A stretch of DNA of 63,982 nucleotides, counting the filler, from Basidiobolus ranarum (Eukaryota), in NCBI GenBank assembly GCA_040143965.1. It is 3 parts of 3 records of this genome, joined end to end, with 100 filler letters (N's around TTAATTAATTAA, not from the genome) between each part and the next. Parts side by side here need not be neighbours in the genome. Positions count along the whole stretch, not along the records: positions 45,777 to 63,982 come from JASJQH010000281.1; 2 more parts are not named here. One strand, written 5' to 3'. Under the pieces are notes generated by a model. The model ran no database searches and was not told the origin of the DNA. It was given only the letters and a program-made list of their open reading frames with translations. Position numbers and translations under genes: made by a program. Position 1 is the first letter of the stretch; every line of letters begins with the position of its first letter. This document shows, one piece after another, positions 51,634 to 63,982 of the stretch.

Positions 51634-53984
51634 TCTACCCCGACTTCAAGTATCAAATGTGTATAGTATATATAGTTACAACAAAATTAGGTCAGGACTT
51701 GAACCCGATGGAATAAGAAAGAGACAATAAAATGAGAAGTTTCTTCGTGCGTTGAACAACCTCCAATATAAGTGCATCAAACCTAGTTTGTAGAAGTGGG
51801 GGGAAGCAACAAATATCGAGTCCAATGTCGAGAATTCCCTCTTTTAATTTTAAATTTGATGAGGGTTACATAGGAATTTCGCATGCCTTTTTCACGTAGG
51901 GTTAGCAATAATGATTTCATTAAAATGATATTTTGAGGTTACTCTTTGGAACATAGCTAACAATACCTATTTTGTATAGGTGCGTTAAGGAATTGGCCGA
52001 TTTAGGGAATTTACCATACATTCGGTGTAAACATATTCCCACTGCTTTTTCATATTTGCAGGAAAGCAAGTCAGTTCCATATTAACGCCAGAGTTCTAAA
52101 GCTAAGAGAAAGGGTGCCCAAATCACTTAGCAGGATTAGTAATCCTCTCCAAACATTCGCTAAGCGCCTTACCGTTGCAATCCATCACTTGCAGGCGATC
52201 TTAATTTGTACTTTAGTATGCAGTAATAAATCCATTTGGAACTCCCTCTGCCTTCAATCCATGTCCCGATCCTTCTTGGATTAGAGAGAAGCAGTTTTGA
52301 ATGTGGTGATCGGCTTTCCTTACCAATTGCTGTCGTATTTCTCCACGCTGTGCCTAAAAATCGAATCCTAAGGCTTTGCACTGATATCTTTGCAAACGAT
52401 CCAATCATATGCCTCTTCAATGGCGACATCTTCCCAGAATGTCGCTCTGATTTGAACAGGCTTCAGGATCAGTCTCGATCCAGTTTACTGGACGAGAAGA
52501 TATCGATTACACGTACCTGCAAACAGAGACAACTCTGCTGTACCGACTTTGACACGAATTCAAGAAAGTAAGGCTAATCTGCTTCCGCAGAACCCGTTAG
52601 AGTGATCAAAGCGAGAATGTTTGTCAAATGTGTCATGAAAGGATAAACTAACAGCGATTACGACATCTCAGCCACGTGTGTAACCAAGACGAATGCATGC
52701 CCAGTCAAGAATATTCGGTGAGAATTTTGGGGTTGAGAAAGTCAAACATGCGAATATCTGGAACTTTGGTCATCTAGCAAGAACCTGGACTGCCCAAAGT
52801 CATTTTTGTACTACGGAATTTACCTTTTGTTGCAAATCCATCATATTCGCGCCTTCTAGTTAATAAATTCTACGATTCGAGGCTTCCTAGGTCAGGAAGT
52901 TAACTCTTTCCAACATTCATTTAAGATCAACCTGAAGACTCTTTCTGCTTCATGTGATGTACCTGATCAAAGAACAGATTACTCTGTATGTGCTTGAATG
53001 AGGGGTTCTTAGCACTATGACACAATGCATCATCAACTGCTATTATGTTTCTCAGAATATTATTATCAATCCTAATTCATCTCAGGGATGAAATATCGAC
53101 ATGATAAGCGTCGTTATCACTTGGTTTATGAACATGAATTGGTCACCTGTCTAACCATGGACTAGGGCCTTTACATTAGATTGCGCAGTAAATTAACCTT
53201 GGCTTCAGCCTCCCATATCTATGGTCGATATTGATAACTAGAAAATAATGATATACTATTAATAACATTTACTAGTCTCTCTAAGAGCAGATAGGTTGAC
53301 ACGGCCTATACAGAAATCCTGTTAAATCTTGTTATACTCCAGAAGTTTATATTTTTTGTTCAAGTTGGAGTATGCAATATGTCATATGCAATGAAGGATA
53401 CTAATGCTGAATTGCCTATCATTTTGATGCAGCTTTGATTTATTGAGATATGATTTTGAGCAACTAGCTGCTTGTGAAGACTGGGAAATATAGCAGCCTT
53501 CATCCTCTCATAATATTGTGGACTAGTTATGCTGAGAAGTTAGATCTAAGCATCTATATATTAATGACTCACCCTTATCATATTGTATTTTATATTTGGA
53601 TTTGACGAAGAAATGTTGGGAAAAGACAGTATTTCCAAGCCAGTCCAACACTCCCCAAATTTTGCCCAAGCTTCCAAAGAACTGCAGTGCCGAATGTTAC
53701 TGAGTAGAATTTACAAATTTTCTCTAGTGTCCGAAATAAGAAAATTTTTCACCTGCAAAATATTCGGTAAACATCATTTAATGAATGGTGTGCAATGTTA
53801 GAATTTCGTTTTAAGTATTCGGGACTACACGGAAGTGTTCAGGATCATTGGAAGAAATATGTGCCTTGGAACAAGTGTATTAGTGAATTATACCATATTT
53901 ATACATAATAACTGCAAGAATTAGCTCTAGGGCACTAAGAATACCGAAGAAATGTTCGTGTCTTTTCTCAATATCTCTAAGATA

Positions 53985-55420
53985 CACTATCACTCAAAAT
54001 TGATTCATTTTTTTGAACGTATTCTTTGAAATGACAATAGCTCGTCATTTGCTTCATGTTTTAATGTGCTATTTGTCATACTGCTTAAGCAGAGCCCAAA
54101 TGATCGTTCTTTATGTTATGAAGATGATTCTGTCATTCTTGGCGATATCATACACACTTATATTTAGTGTAGCGAGTGGGTCAGTTTTGAGCGCAACATG
54201 TTTTTTACACTAAAATTATACATTAGCAGCTATACTTCTAAATCCTACGTTTTATAAGAGCCCAAATTGTAACATTATGACTTTAACCATGGTCATTACA
54301 TGTCTCAATTAGACCTGGCTGGCCAGCACCAAGTAAATCTCTCACAATCAATGAATGTTTGATAGGAGTTTACTATAGTCACAGAAGTTCAATATGTCAA
54401 AATTTCACATATTGGCAACTATTTCAACTTTATATATATAAAGAAAATATTGCTTTGCAGTCATGAATGCACTAAAAGTGATTTTTGCAACAACTGTTTT
54501 CCCCAACATTTTTATAATTTGATAAATATTGGGGAAAAAATGTCAAGATCAGAAATAAAACTTGAAGGGGCCATGTTATATATCACTTATAGCAGCAAAT
54601 ATATGCATCAGGTGGAACTCCATTCAATGGAATATCTCTGACAGCTTGGCAAATTGTGTCTCATGTTCTAGATTGGAGTAAGGTAGAATGCAACTACTTG
54701 AATATATTACTAAATTTCAAATCTTCAATACTTCAATACTTCATCATTGGATATGAAGTCATTGGTCCAACTATGATATTTAGTATTCCTGTAGATGCCA
54801 GTCTCTTTTAAGTTTTGCTGATCCCAGATGTGTGAGGGGGATTTTAGTTCCACTAACTTTTGCTCCCTATTTTAAAGATTTTGGTACTACCTCATTCCAT
54901 TCAATCAGCTTGTATGCCATCTGTCAAGCTGTTGAAGACAATACATCGAATAGGGCTCATCTTGGTGCATATATTTGCAGCTATAATGGATACATAATAA
55001 GGCCCTTCAAGTTTTATTTCCATACTAGACATTTTTATTTACTAATATTTAGCAAATTGTGAAAGTGCTGGGGGAAATTATTGCCGCAAAAATCACTTTT
55101 AATGCATTGATGGCTGAAAAGTAGCATTTTCTTTTTATGTATGAAGTTAAAATAGTTGTCAATATGTAGAATTTTAGCATGTTGAACCTTGGTGATTTTG
55201 GTAAATTGGTGTAAAAACATATTGCGCTCAAAACTGATTCACTCACTGCACTGAATATAAGTGTGTATGATATCGCCAAGAATGGTGGAATCACCTTCAT
55301 AACATAAAGGACTATTATTTGGGCTCTGCTTAAGTAGGGTGACAAATAGCCCGTTAAAATATGGAGTAAATGACGAGATATTGTCATTTAAAAAATGAAT
55401 CAGTTTTGAGCGGTAGTGTA
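53985..55420. repeat. Long imperfect inverted repeat (fold-back or MITE-like)
   Basis: Arm ~53985-54690 matches the reverse complement of ~54880-55420 (e.g. CTTAAGCAGAGCCCAAAT, TTCTTGGCGATATCATACACACTTATATT, GAAATAAAACTTGAAGGG). The left arm has ~160 extra bp; the spacer is ~190 bp. Confidence 0.85.
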
Positions 55421-55944
55421 TTTCGAAATGTATATCGCAATTTTGACTTGAAATATTCAGTAAATTAACGATAAATACTATGCACTTGATACTGAGAAAA
55501 TCCAAGAACCTCACACATTTTGACAATTGGAAGTAAAATGGCAACAATATAGATATGCTACTAGGGTACTAAGGATGTTGGAAGTGAAGTTTGAGGATAA
55601 CGTATTTAATGCTTAATTACTGAATATTGAAGTTAAAATCTTAACATACACTCAGAAACATTGAGGAAGGATAAAATATTTAAACATGATATACGAATAG
55701 CGTATATTAATATCTTTTAATATCTTGAAGTATCTATTCAATGGCCATTTGCTTAAGATTATGCCAACAATGCTGTCATAATTACCAAAATCATAATACA
55801 GTGTCTGAAAATGATAAGGGCTTGGGTATATGGCTTAAAATGCCAATTTTTGGCCAAACTTTCCCCTTCCTATGTGTATAAATAATAGATGAATGTGAAT
55901 TAGCTTAGATTATCGATTTTGCATCGGACATAGTAATTATCATT

Positions 55945-56018
55945 TGCAATTAGAAGAATTCGAAATAGGTATTCAAAATCATGCAATTAGAAGAATTCGA
56001 AATAGGTATTCAAAATCA
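55945..56018. repeat. Perfect 37-bp tandem duplication
   Basis: TGCAATTAGAAGAATTCGAAATAGGTATTCAAAATCA x2. Confidence 0.9.
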
Positions 56019-58015
56019 AGGAAGAGATTCGAGTTTTATAAGTGGCATGACTTCTTTATGGCCAAAGTGGTAGTAGGAATAATATTTTGGGCTGCAAAGA
56101 TTCCCGAAATTGTTCGATCAAAGATTAGAGGTTTTAGGTTCGGAAAGGTTATTTCTAATATGGTCTTAGCTCCATAATCTAGCTTTTGATGCTAGATTGG
56201 AGTGTGGCTTAAACACGTCAAACTGGTGGTTTATCATTTCAAGGTAAATCACCTTGGGCATTCATGGCATTGTAGGTCTTTTTCAGCTACAACCAACTCA
56301 TAATAGTGGGCACTCTTGTCCATATAAAGTTGGGTTTGTAGAATAGTGTCTGAAAAAATGCTTTACATCTTGAATAGTACGCTTCCACACCTAAACCTCC
56401 ATTTACATATAGGCTTGGGTACAATTACTGCAGTTTCAGAGGCATAAGATACCTGTATTCTTCATTGGATATCTGAAAATAATAAAGGTATCCCTGCCTA
56501 AACCAACTTAAATTCCAACTTTAGGAAAACACTCACACTGGATCTCTACATCCAAGAAATCACCTAAGACTACTAATGATAAAATGAAACTGAAGTCAAC
56601 AGATCAAAAGCACCATTGCCGAACTCCTCAAACACTCGTAGTATCTACTTACCAGTAACACTTATTTGGGAAATGAATCAGCCTTGTTTTGTCTTCCAAG
56701 ACCTGGAGCAAAAGCATGCATACTGCTTTAGATCATGTTACTCAAATGAGCAAATTACATTTTGCAAACAGGGCGGTGCTGAGAGATCTGTTAACAAATA
56801 ATTGATAACTTCGCTCCATGTTATTAACCAATCTCCATTGGGCCAATTAACTGGTGCAGAGCACAAGATACTAAGGAAGCCTCAGTCTTAATTAATATCT
56901 GATTCAATGTGCCCAAGTCGAGATTCTTAGAGTGGTTTTATATGAAAGCTACTGACAACATTGTGAGAAGCCGGAAGAGATGTATACGTTGCTCAAGATC
57001 CAAGAGGTGCCCCTTTTCAGTACAAACCTAATTTTGGCATCAGATCAACTATTCTGTAAACATTGTTAATTCCCTATGTCTTAGACTATCTTGTATGTGC
57101 ATCAAGCCCCATGGCAGCTGATACTGTGGGGTCTAGTGACCTTTTCTATCACGTAAACTCTCATTTCTTGCGCATCGACCTTCACAGAGTAAATGGGCTG
57201 TTTACTATCGTTATCAAACCTCGGAAATAAACCACGTTCTGAAACCAAAGAGCTCGGGGTTCCGACATATCTTGTCTGATTTATGAGTTCGCCCCTTTCT
57301 ACATCCAAACAAGTTAGTGATGCTGAGTTTGGGAATGGGTGGATGGTGGAGTCAGGTTATTCTTGTCAAGATAACAAACCCAACTGACGAATTCGCTATA
57401 TTGAATGATCTTGAGGTTTCAGAAATGACTAATTTGTACCAACCTCAATTTAGGAGCACTGTGCTGGCACATAATACGCACATAATAGAATCTAAAGATC
57501 CAATCTATATCATCTGGTATACACTAAGGGCATTTTTCCGATAGTAGTTCTCAATAGCGGATCTTCGATCCAATACTGGGTGTAGAAGCTATGGTCACGT
57601 TATATTGAGTTTTTGTTGCTCATAAGTCGCCTGTCTGCGTTACTTGAATTTCATCACTTTAGCATGAATTCCGTAATAAGCTAAATGCTAAACGAGTGGG
57701 CGATTCCAGCGATAATAAATAGAGTAAGGATATCCCATGCCACTTCATATTTCGGTTCTTATATCACAGTCCTGTAGCTCAAAGCAATCTATTTTCTTTC
57801 CTTTGTTAAGCAATCCCTGGACTACATTCTGAAATATATTCCTGTGCGATGTAAGCGCATTTAAGGTATTATGTTTGCACTAGCGCATCATCCTAACTGT
57901 TCTTCCAAAGGGTCAACGACGCGAATTCTAGGGCGCATATGGTATTTCCGCTTATATGTATCTCACATATAGTAAGGTGTTATTAAAATACTGCATCAAT
58001 ATGTTGATATAATAG

Positions 58016-60295
58016 GAGCCACTTCTGCCCTCTACCAATGGATCACCCACCTCTACCCCAAAGTACCGTCGTGGAAGTCTAAAGCTTCTCCTGGGCTTGT
58101 CATTGATCATTATTGGTGGCTCTCTCTACGTGCTTACGCACTTTTCCCGTAAGATTTGCTAAGATCTTGCCAGTTTGATATTCTATTTATTAACAAATGT
58201 ATCAGGATTACCGGTCCAGCCTGCTCATAAGGCTATCTTGATAGAGGCTAAGCATGGGGCAGTTGCTGCTGATGATAAAACCTGCTCACAGATTGGTGTT
58301 CAGGGTATGTACAATTGTAACGTGCGGTACAAGATTAATGCTAACACTCGGTATTTGCAGTTTTAAAAGATGATGGTAACGCTGTCGATGCAGCCATCGC
58401 CGCCGCCCTATGCATCGGTGTGATCAATAGTTTTTCCTCAGGTAATTATTAACTTGACTAAGAATTGAATTTAACTCTCTCTAACAATCAGATCGATTAT
58501 AGGTATCGGAGGGTAATAGTTTACCCAAGTTCTTACACCTATGACTCTTGGTACTCATGTTTAATTTTAGTGGTGGATTCATGGTGATACGAAATAGTAC
58601 TGGAGCCGAGGTAATTGATTTCCGCGAAGAAGCACCAGCCAAAGCACATCGAGAAATGTATAAGGATAACCCCAAGCTTGCTCAACACGGAGGTTTAGCT
58701 GTTGGCATTCCGTAAGTTTATTAACTAAACCGGTCAAATCAAGTCGCCGCATTTTAATCAATTCGGTTATGTAGAGGTGAGTTGCGAGGATTTGAGGAGG
58801 CTCACAAGAGGTAAATAATAGATTCTTCAAGATGGGCTATTTTATTCTTATCTCGCTTTTGTAGATACGGAAAACTACCTTGGAAAAGACTGTTCGAACC
58901 TTCAATCAAACTCTCTCGCGAAGGATTTCGTGTCACATCGGAATTGGCCAAGCGCATAGAGGTTTGTTACTTCTTTTAAATTGATCTTTTGATTGCTATT
59001 AAACACTACGATCGATTTTCAGATAATGAAACCGCAAATCTCTAAGATTCCATCTTTCCTAGAGGTGTTTGCTCCTAATGGTGAGTTTTTCAAAGAGGGA
59101 GATATCATGAAGCGTGAAAGTTTTGCGAATACCTTAGAGACTGTGGCCAGGAAAGGAGCAAAGGCTTTTTACAATGGACCGATCGCTGAATCATTAGTAA
59201 AGGAGATCCAGAGAACCGGTGGTATCATTGAACTAGAAGATTTCAGTAATTATCGAGCACATATTCGAGTACCAATGGTGGGTTATTATCGTGGTCATAA
59301 AATTATTACCGCCCCTCCGCCTGCTTCGGGTGCTATACTTTTATCCATTCTGAATATTCTAGAAGGATATTCACTCGATCGCGACAGCCTTACTTCGTTA
59401 CATGCCCATCACATTCTTGAATCATTTAAATTTGGATACGCTCAACGAACTGAACTTGGTGATCCGGACTACGTAGATATCGGTGCACGCATTGCTCAAT
59501 TTGTCGATAAAGGTCATGCGGCATTAATCCGTCAAAATATTTCTAATAGCCAGACTTTCTCCACTGAACATTATAAGCCTAGATTTGAAGGCAAAGAAAG
59601 TCCTGGTACAACACATCTTTCCACAGTAGACAAGGATCAACTAAGTGTTGCACTCACCTCCACTATAAATCTCTACTTTGGTTCTCAAGTGTTGGACCTG
59701 AATACTGGTGTAATATTGAATAATGAGATGGACGATTTCTCTATCCCTGGGGTGTCCAATTCTTTTAACCTGCCTCCTTCACCAAACAACTTTGTAGAGC
59801 CCAAGAAAAGACCGTTTTCGTCAAGTGTCCCTACCATCACCGAATTTAATGGAGAATTGGAACTTGTGTTGGGTGCTAGTGGTGGCAGTCGTATCACTAC
59901 TGCTGTTATACAAACATTGATCAATGCCATTGATTTCCGCATGAATTTAGCGAGTGCTGTTGAGTATCCTCGCTTGCATCATCAACTAATCCCAGATGTC
60001 GCATACTATGAATCGGAGTATCCTAATGATATCCAGGACGAGTTGAGCAAACGCAAACACGAAGTAACCAACTAGATTAATATCCTCAATACTTGATTGA
60101 GTTATTGACATTTTTTACCAGATACTTCCTATGCCTTTCCATGCCGTAGTTCAAGCGATCCGAAGATTGCCAGATGGACTAATTCATGGTAAGATCAGAG
60201 ACTAGCTTTATCTTCCAAATCAGATTTTAATAAGGATTTCAAATGATATAGCCGTTAGTGATCCAAGAAAACAAGGGGTTGCTGATGGATACTAG
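58016..60295 (+). CDS. Gamma-glutamyltranspeptidase (membrane anchored); start codon uncertain, probably slightly upstream
   Basis: TM anchor [51 protein letters not shown], catalytic [41 protein letters not shown]. Confidence 0.93.
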
Positions 60296-60840
60296 TGTCA
60301 TATTTCCGCAATTGATCCCTTGGGGTGACTATGGTTGCCTTAGTATGAATTGGAGTTTAGTCATACTCACACCTACCATGATTGCAATCTAGTGAATGAT
60401 CTGTAAAGAGCAATCATTTATATTTAGTATCGAAAGCCCCTACATATCTGTTAAAATAAACATACATCTAATATACTGAGGGTTATGAGGGTGCATGCTG
60501 GTTCTCTACTAGAGTTGTCAAATGATTGTGACGTCAAGTATACAACGCACGTTTCAATTCAACCTAATCGATGATCTAAACTGTAGTGACTGCGGAAATA
60601 TCCCAGTTCAAACATAGAATTCAGCGAGTGGCGCAGTGATTCAGCTAAACGAACGCACGAGTTGTATCTATCTATTGGTCAGAACGTATCGATCAGCTAT
60701 TTACTCCAATTACGAGAAAAAAATTAGCTACTCATTTAAAGGCAATCCATATGAAATAAAAACATTACTATTTACTCTCAACTCAGCATAACCAAGCTTT
60801 TGTTGACCGCAACCCTTTTTCAGAGTTTACCCTTTCAAAA

Positions 60841-62533
60841 ATGGCAAAAAAGTATAGAAATAACAGGAAGCCAAAAAAAAGCGTAACCGGTGGAGCTTTA
60901 CGTAATAGTCGGAATCTTGCCAAAAATAAGCTTTCAGCCGAAACCAGTGAAGACTCAGACTTCAGTTTTGACGAGGCTTTCAAATTCAGTGAGGTTGGTA
61001 TTATGATAATATATTTGCCATACTAAATAATGACCAATTACTTATTTCTGTTTCTCACCTATACAGGGTCAATTTTTGAATGAAGATATCAGTGAACCTG
61101 AAGAAGCAAGCGTGAACACTTTGCTTGCTCAACGCATAAAAGCATCGCTCCTTGAGGAACTTGAAGATCAGGATATATTGGAATTTAGTGATGACGATTT
61201 TTTAGAGAGCACAGATGATTGTGAAGAGGACGAGCTCTGGGAAATAATCAAGGAACTTACTTTGAATGATAAAAATAAGCCTGCTACCCGCCAAGAGATG
61301 GAAGCCTCGCTACAAAAAAATTCGTTCTCCACTCAATCTGTTGAGGGTAAGAAGAAATCTGGCAAGAATATATCTTCTGAAGAAAACCTCTTACGCACTG
61401 AGAAAATCAAAGGTAAAGAAAATCCGAAACCACCAAGAAAAAGTAAACTTAAACTGAAGGAAGAGTTGAGTATGTATGAGCCTATGAGTGCCATGTCCAG
61501 TAAAGACGAAACCCATTCTAGAACTGGCAGCAAAAAAGCTAAAAATAAGAAAAAGAACGTCTTCGAATCACCTGAATCATCGAAAAAGCAGTACCATTGG
61601 CGTGAAGCTAACTCTTTAATTGCTTCTGATTCGGATTCAGAAGATACTGAAACGGATCTGTCTAGCAGTGAAGATGACTCTGACTATGTATCAAACTCTC
61701 GAGGTAAGACTAGAAGCAATTTTACTTCAGTATCGAGCTTACTTATTGATATTTATTTTGTTAGGGAAATCCACTAAAGCCTTGAAGTCGGTTGACCCTA
61801 GTGTGCAAACCCCTAAAAGCAAGTCTCTAATTCGAAAGGAAAGACGCGAGGAAAAGAAAGCTAAACGGAAAGAGAAAAGGGAGCGTAATAAGCTACTCCA
61901 CAATCAATCCGTAAATCTTTATAGTATCGATAGAACAATACGTGACTTTGTCAAACATAGCACCATGGCAGCTATACCTTTCCAACATATGGATCGAGGA
62001 AAACGGCGAGCTGTACATCTTCTGGCCAAGGAATACAATATATCGTCCAAAAGCAAAGGCTCGGGTGACAAAAAGTAAGTTCATATCTTACGCCTAATGG
62101 GTATTACCTTCTGACCTATATCTTCATTAGATACCCAATATTATATCGTACTCAGCGGACGGCTATTCCCGCAAATCTCAATGGAATTCGTCAGATCTTG
62201 GAGAATTCTGGTTCTATACCACGTAAAACTAAAAGTCCTTATGATTTGATAAAATCAGAAAAACGTGACAAAGGCAGGCCAAAAGACAAGAGTACCACTC
62301 CATCCAGGGCCTCTAGAGCTTACGATCCCAACTCACCGGTACCACCTGTCGGCTCTATTGTTGGGCAATACGCAAAACCAATTGAAGAATCAAACATTGG
62401 ACATCAAATGTTACAGAAAATGGGCTGGTTACCAGGTCAGAGTCTAGCATCGAGTTCATCCCCTGGTAGAACTACTCCAGTTGAGGCAATTGTTCGTGGT
62501 AAAAGTCGTATTGGTCTGGGTGGCGCATTATAG
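60841..62533 (+). CDS. SQS1: R3H and G-patch domain protein, Sqs1/Pfa1-like
   Basis: Acidic/basic low-complexity N-terminus, R3H (RRAVHLLAKEYNISSKSKGSG), C-terminal G-patch (ESNIGHQMLQKMGWLPGQSL...RIGLG). Confidence 0.8.
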
Positions 62534-62900
62534 CAACATAATATGCCTTCTAGTTGTTGATACTTATTTTATTTATTCCTTCGTGACTATGATGATTAGT
62601 ATTTACATATTTTGAGTTTTATTATGATTCTTTTGTATAATTTCATCTTCATATGTACAGACCCACTGTTTGAACACTTTTGTTTAATTATAGTCAATTC
62701 GCTATCAAATTTACATTTGGTTGTTCTTTTCACAATACGCGTTTTCAAAGACACTGATGAAATACATCCTGGATGAACGTCAATAACTTGGATACAGTAA
62801 TAATTATAAGGATCTTTTAAATTAATGTAACATGTTACAACTAGAACCTAGATTAAAATAAATAGTCGTCAGGTGCATGGTAATTTATAATCATTCATGC

Positions 62901-63982
62901 TTAGTTTTCTGTAACCAGTTTATGCCGTTTCCACTCGTCGATAACTTCTTGTCGAATTTCTATAAAGAGCTTAGTAACAAATTTAATAATAAGTTTGGTT
63001 TATAGACTTACCTGGTGGTAGTTGCTGGAAGACTTCTGGATCCCAAGAGTCATCCATCTTGGACAAGTATTCCGACTCATTCTCTATAGCATGAGAGTCA
63101 GCGGTATGTTGAGGCTCTGTAGATACGGGAGGCTCTGATTCAGGAGGTATTTGATACATTCTTTTCACATCTTTTTGAATATCAGGTGGTAGCTCCTTGA
63201 AGGTTGCCAAATCGACCTGAGACCATAAAAGTGAGGTGGAATTAGATTTAAGTTTTGTAGAGGTTCGTTTTGTGGTGGTAGCGGTAAAATTCAGTTTCGT
63301 TTGAACTACTTTGTTAGGAGAACTTGTAAGCTTTGGCTTTTTGATACTCGGAGAGATTGGATTGTCAGAACTCGTTTTAACATTTGGACTTTTTGCTTTG
63401 TCACGCGAAGACAATTCTCTTTGGTTATCAGGCAGCTCGATATGATTGTCTACGTCCGAACTTTTGGGTGCAGGGTGTTGAAGCGATTCATTTTCGACGA
63501 TGGTTGTTTCGTTCTGTGGTTTTTGCATTGGTTTATCAGATGGCTTATGTCTCCGACCTTTAACAAAATCCGCGATTGTGGGTTGTTGGTGATCTGTGAC
63601 TTGATGAGTATAATGGCCTAGTAAAAGTTTCATCTGAAAGGAGATACCTTTGATACTAGCATCAACGAGTTTCGTAAAGTGAATCCCTATTCCTCGAACT
63701 TCCTTTGGAGGAATTTTCATGACCTTGTATAATCCAATTACCTCTTTAGCAATTCGGGGTGCTTCATCTATAGCTGCGGGTAGATTATGAGATCGGCCAA
63801 AAACGTCGCATTCGCCATGCCCGAGGTGTTTATAAGGCTGTTTGGCATCGGGTCGCGTTTTATATATAATGTAAAATAGTTTAAGTTATAAAAACGTAAT
63901 GATTTCTAAAAAAAATGTGAAAAATAACCGAATGGAAAAAATTTTTAAACCAACGCCCCCGGCGTTCATTAAGTTAATAAAA
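62901..63982 (-). CDS. REV1: Y-family deoxycytidyl transferase Rev1, 3' part (partial, possibly degenerate)
   Basis: KHLGHGECDVFGRS, PPKEVRGIGIHFTKL (end of little-finger domain), two UBM motifs (SQVDLATFKELPPDIQ; WDPEVFQQLPP|EIRQEV), stop at 62901-62903. Confidence 0.8.

Noticed and set aside
54013-55547. Short paralogous ORFs (54013+, 54450+, 55035-, 55049-) as small proteins
   Set aside because: Their similarity is a by-product of the inverted repeat; frames are not conserved between the arms.
55945-56018. 37-bp duplication as CRISPR or as related to the repeat at 189
   Set aside because: Only two abutting copies with unrelated sequence; the equal length appears coincidental.
57102-57544. 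Two small ORFs upstream of GGT
   Set aside because: Short, no domain recognised and no supporting splice structure.

Overview
Eukaryotic, AT-rich, intron-dense fungal DNA. Short GT-AG introns, a Zn2Cys6 factor and candidate minor (U12) introns suggest an early-diverging lineage (inference). Two artificial 100-bp spacers (44 N + TTAATTAATTAA + 44 N, at 22828-22927 and 45677-45776) split the window into three blocks whose true adjacency is unproven. Block 1 (1-22827): a probable LTR end, a disrupted D-amino-acid-oxidase-like gene facing an intronless, atypical ornithine-decarboxylase paralog, then housekeeping genes (RNF212/Zip3-like, NEO1, SGT2, NDC1, SFC1, UFD1). Block 2 (22928-45676) is a purely accessory locus and the highlight. 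It holds an animal-GBP-like large GTPase ending in a polybasic CaaX motif, at least five diverged HSPA12-like atypical Hsp70 genes, and two intronless paralogous coiled-coil genes of an unrecognised family that may be GrpE/Mieap-like. One Hsp70 copy is an intact ORF with destroyed ATPase motifs and a rearranged C-terminus. This may be an undescribed chaperone/GTPase defence or non-self recognition cluster. Block 3 (45777-63982): degenerate DNA, a Zn2Cys6 transcription factor, a ~1.4-kb fold-back inverted repeat, gamma-glutamyltranspeptidase, an R3H/G-patch SQS1-like gene and the 3' part of an apparently truncated REV1. Gene coordinates span introns and were derived by eye.
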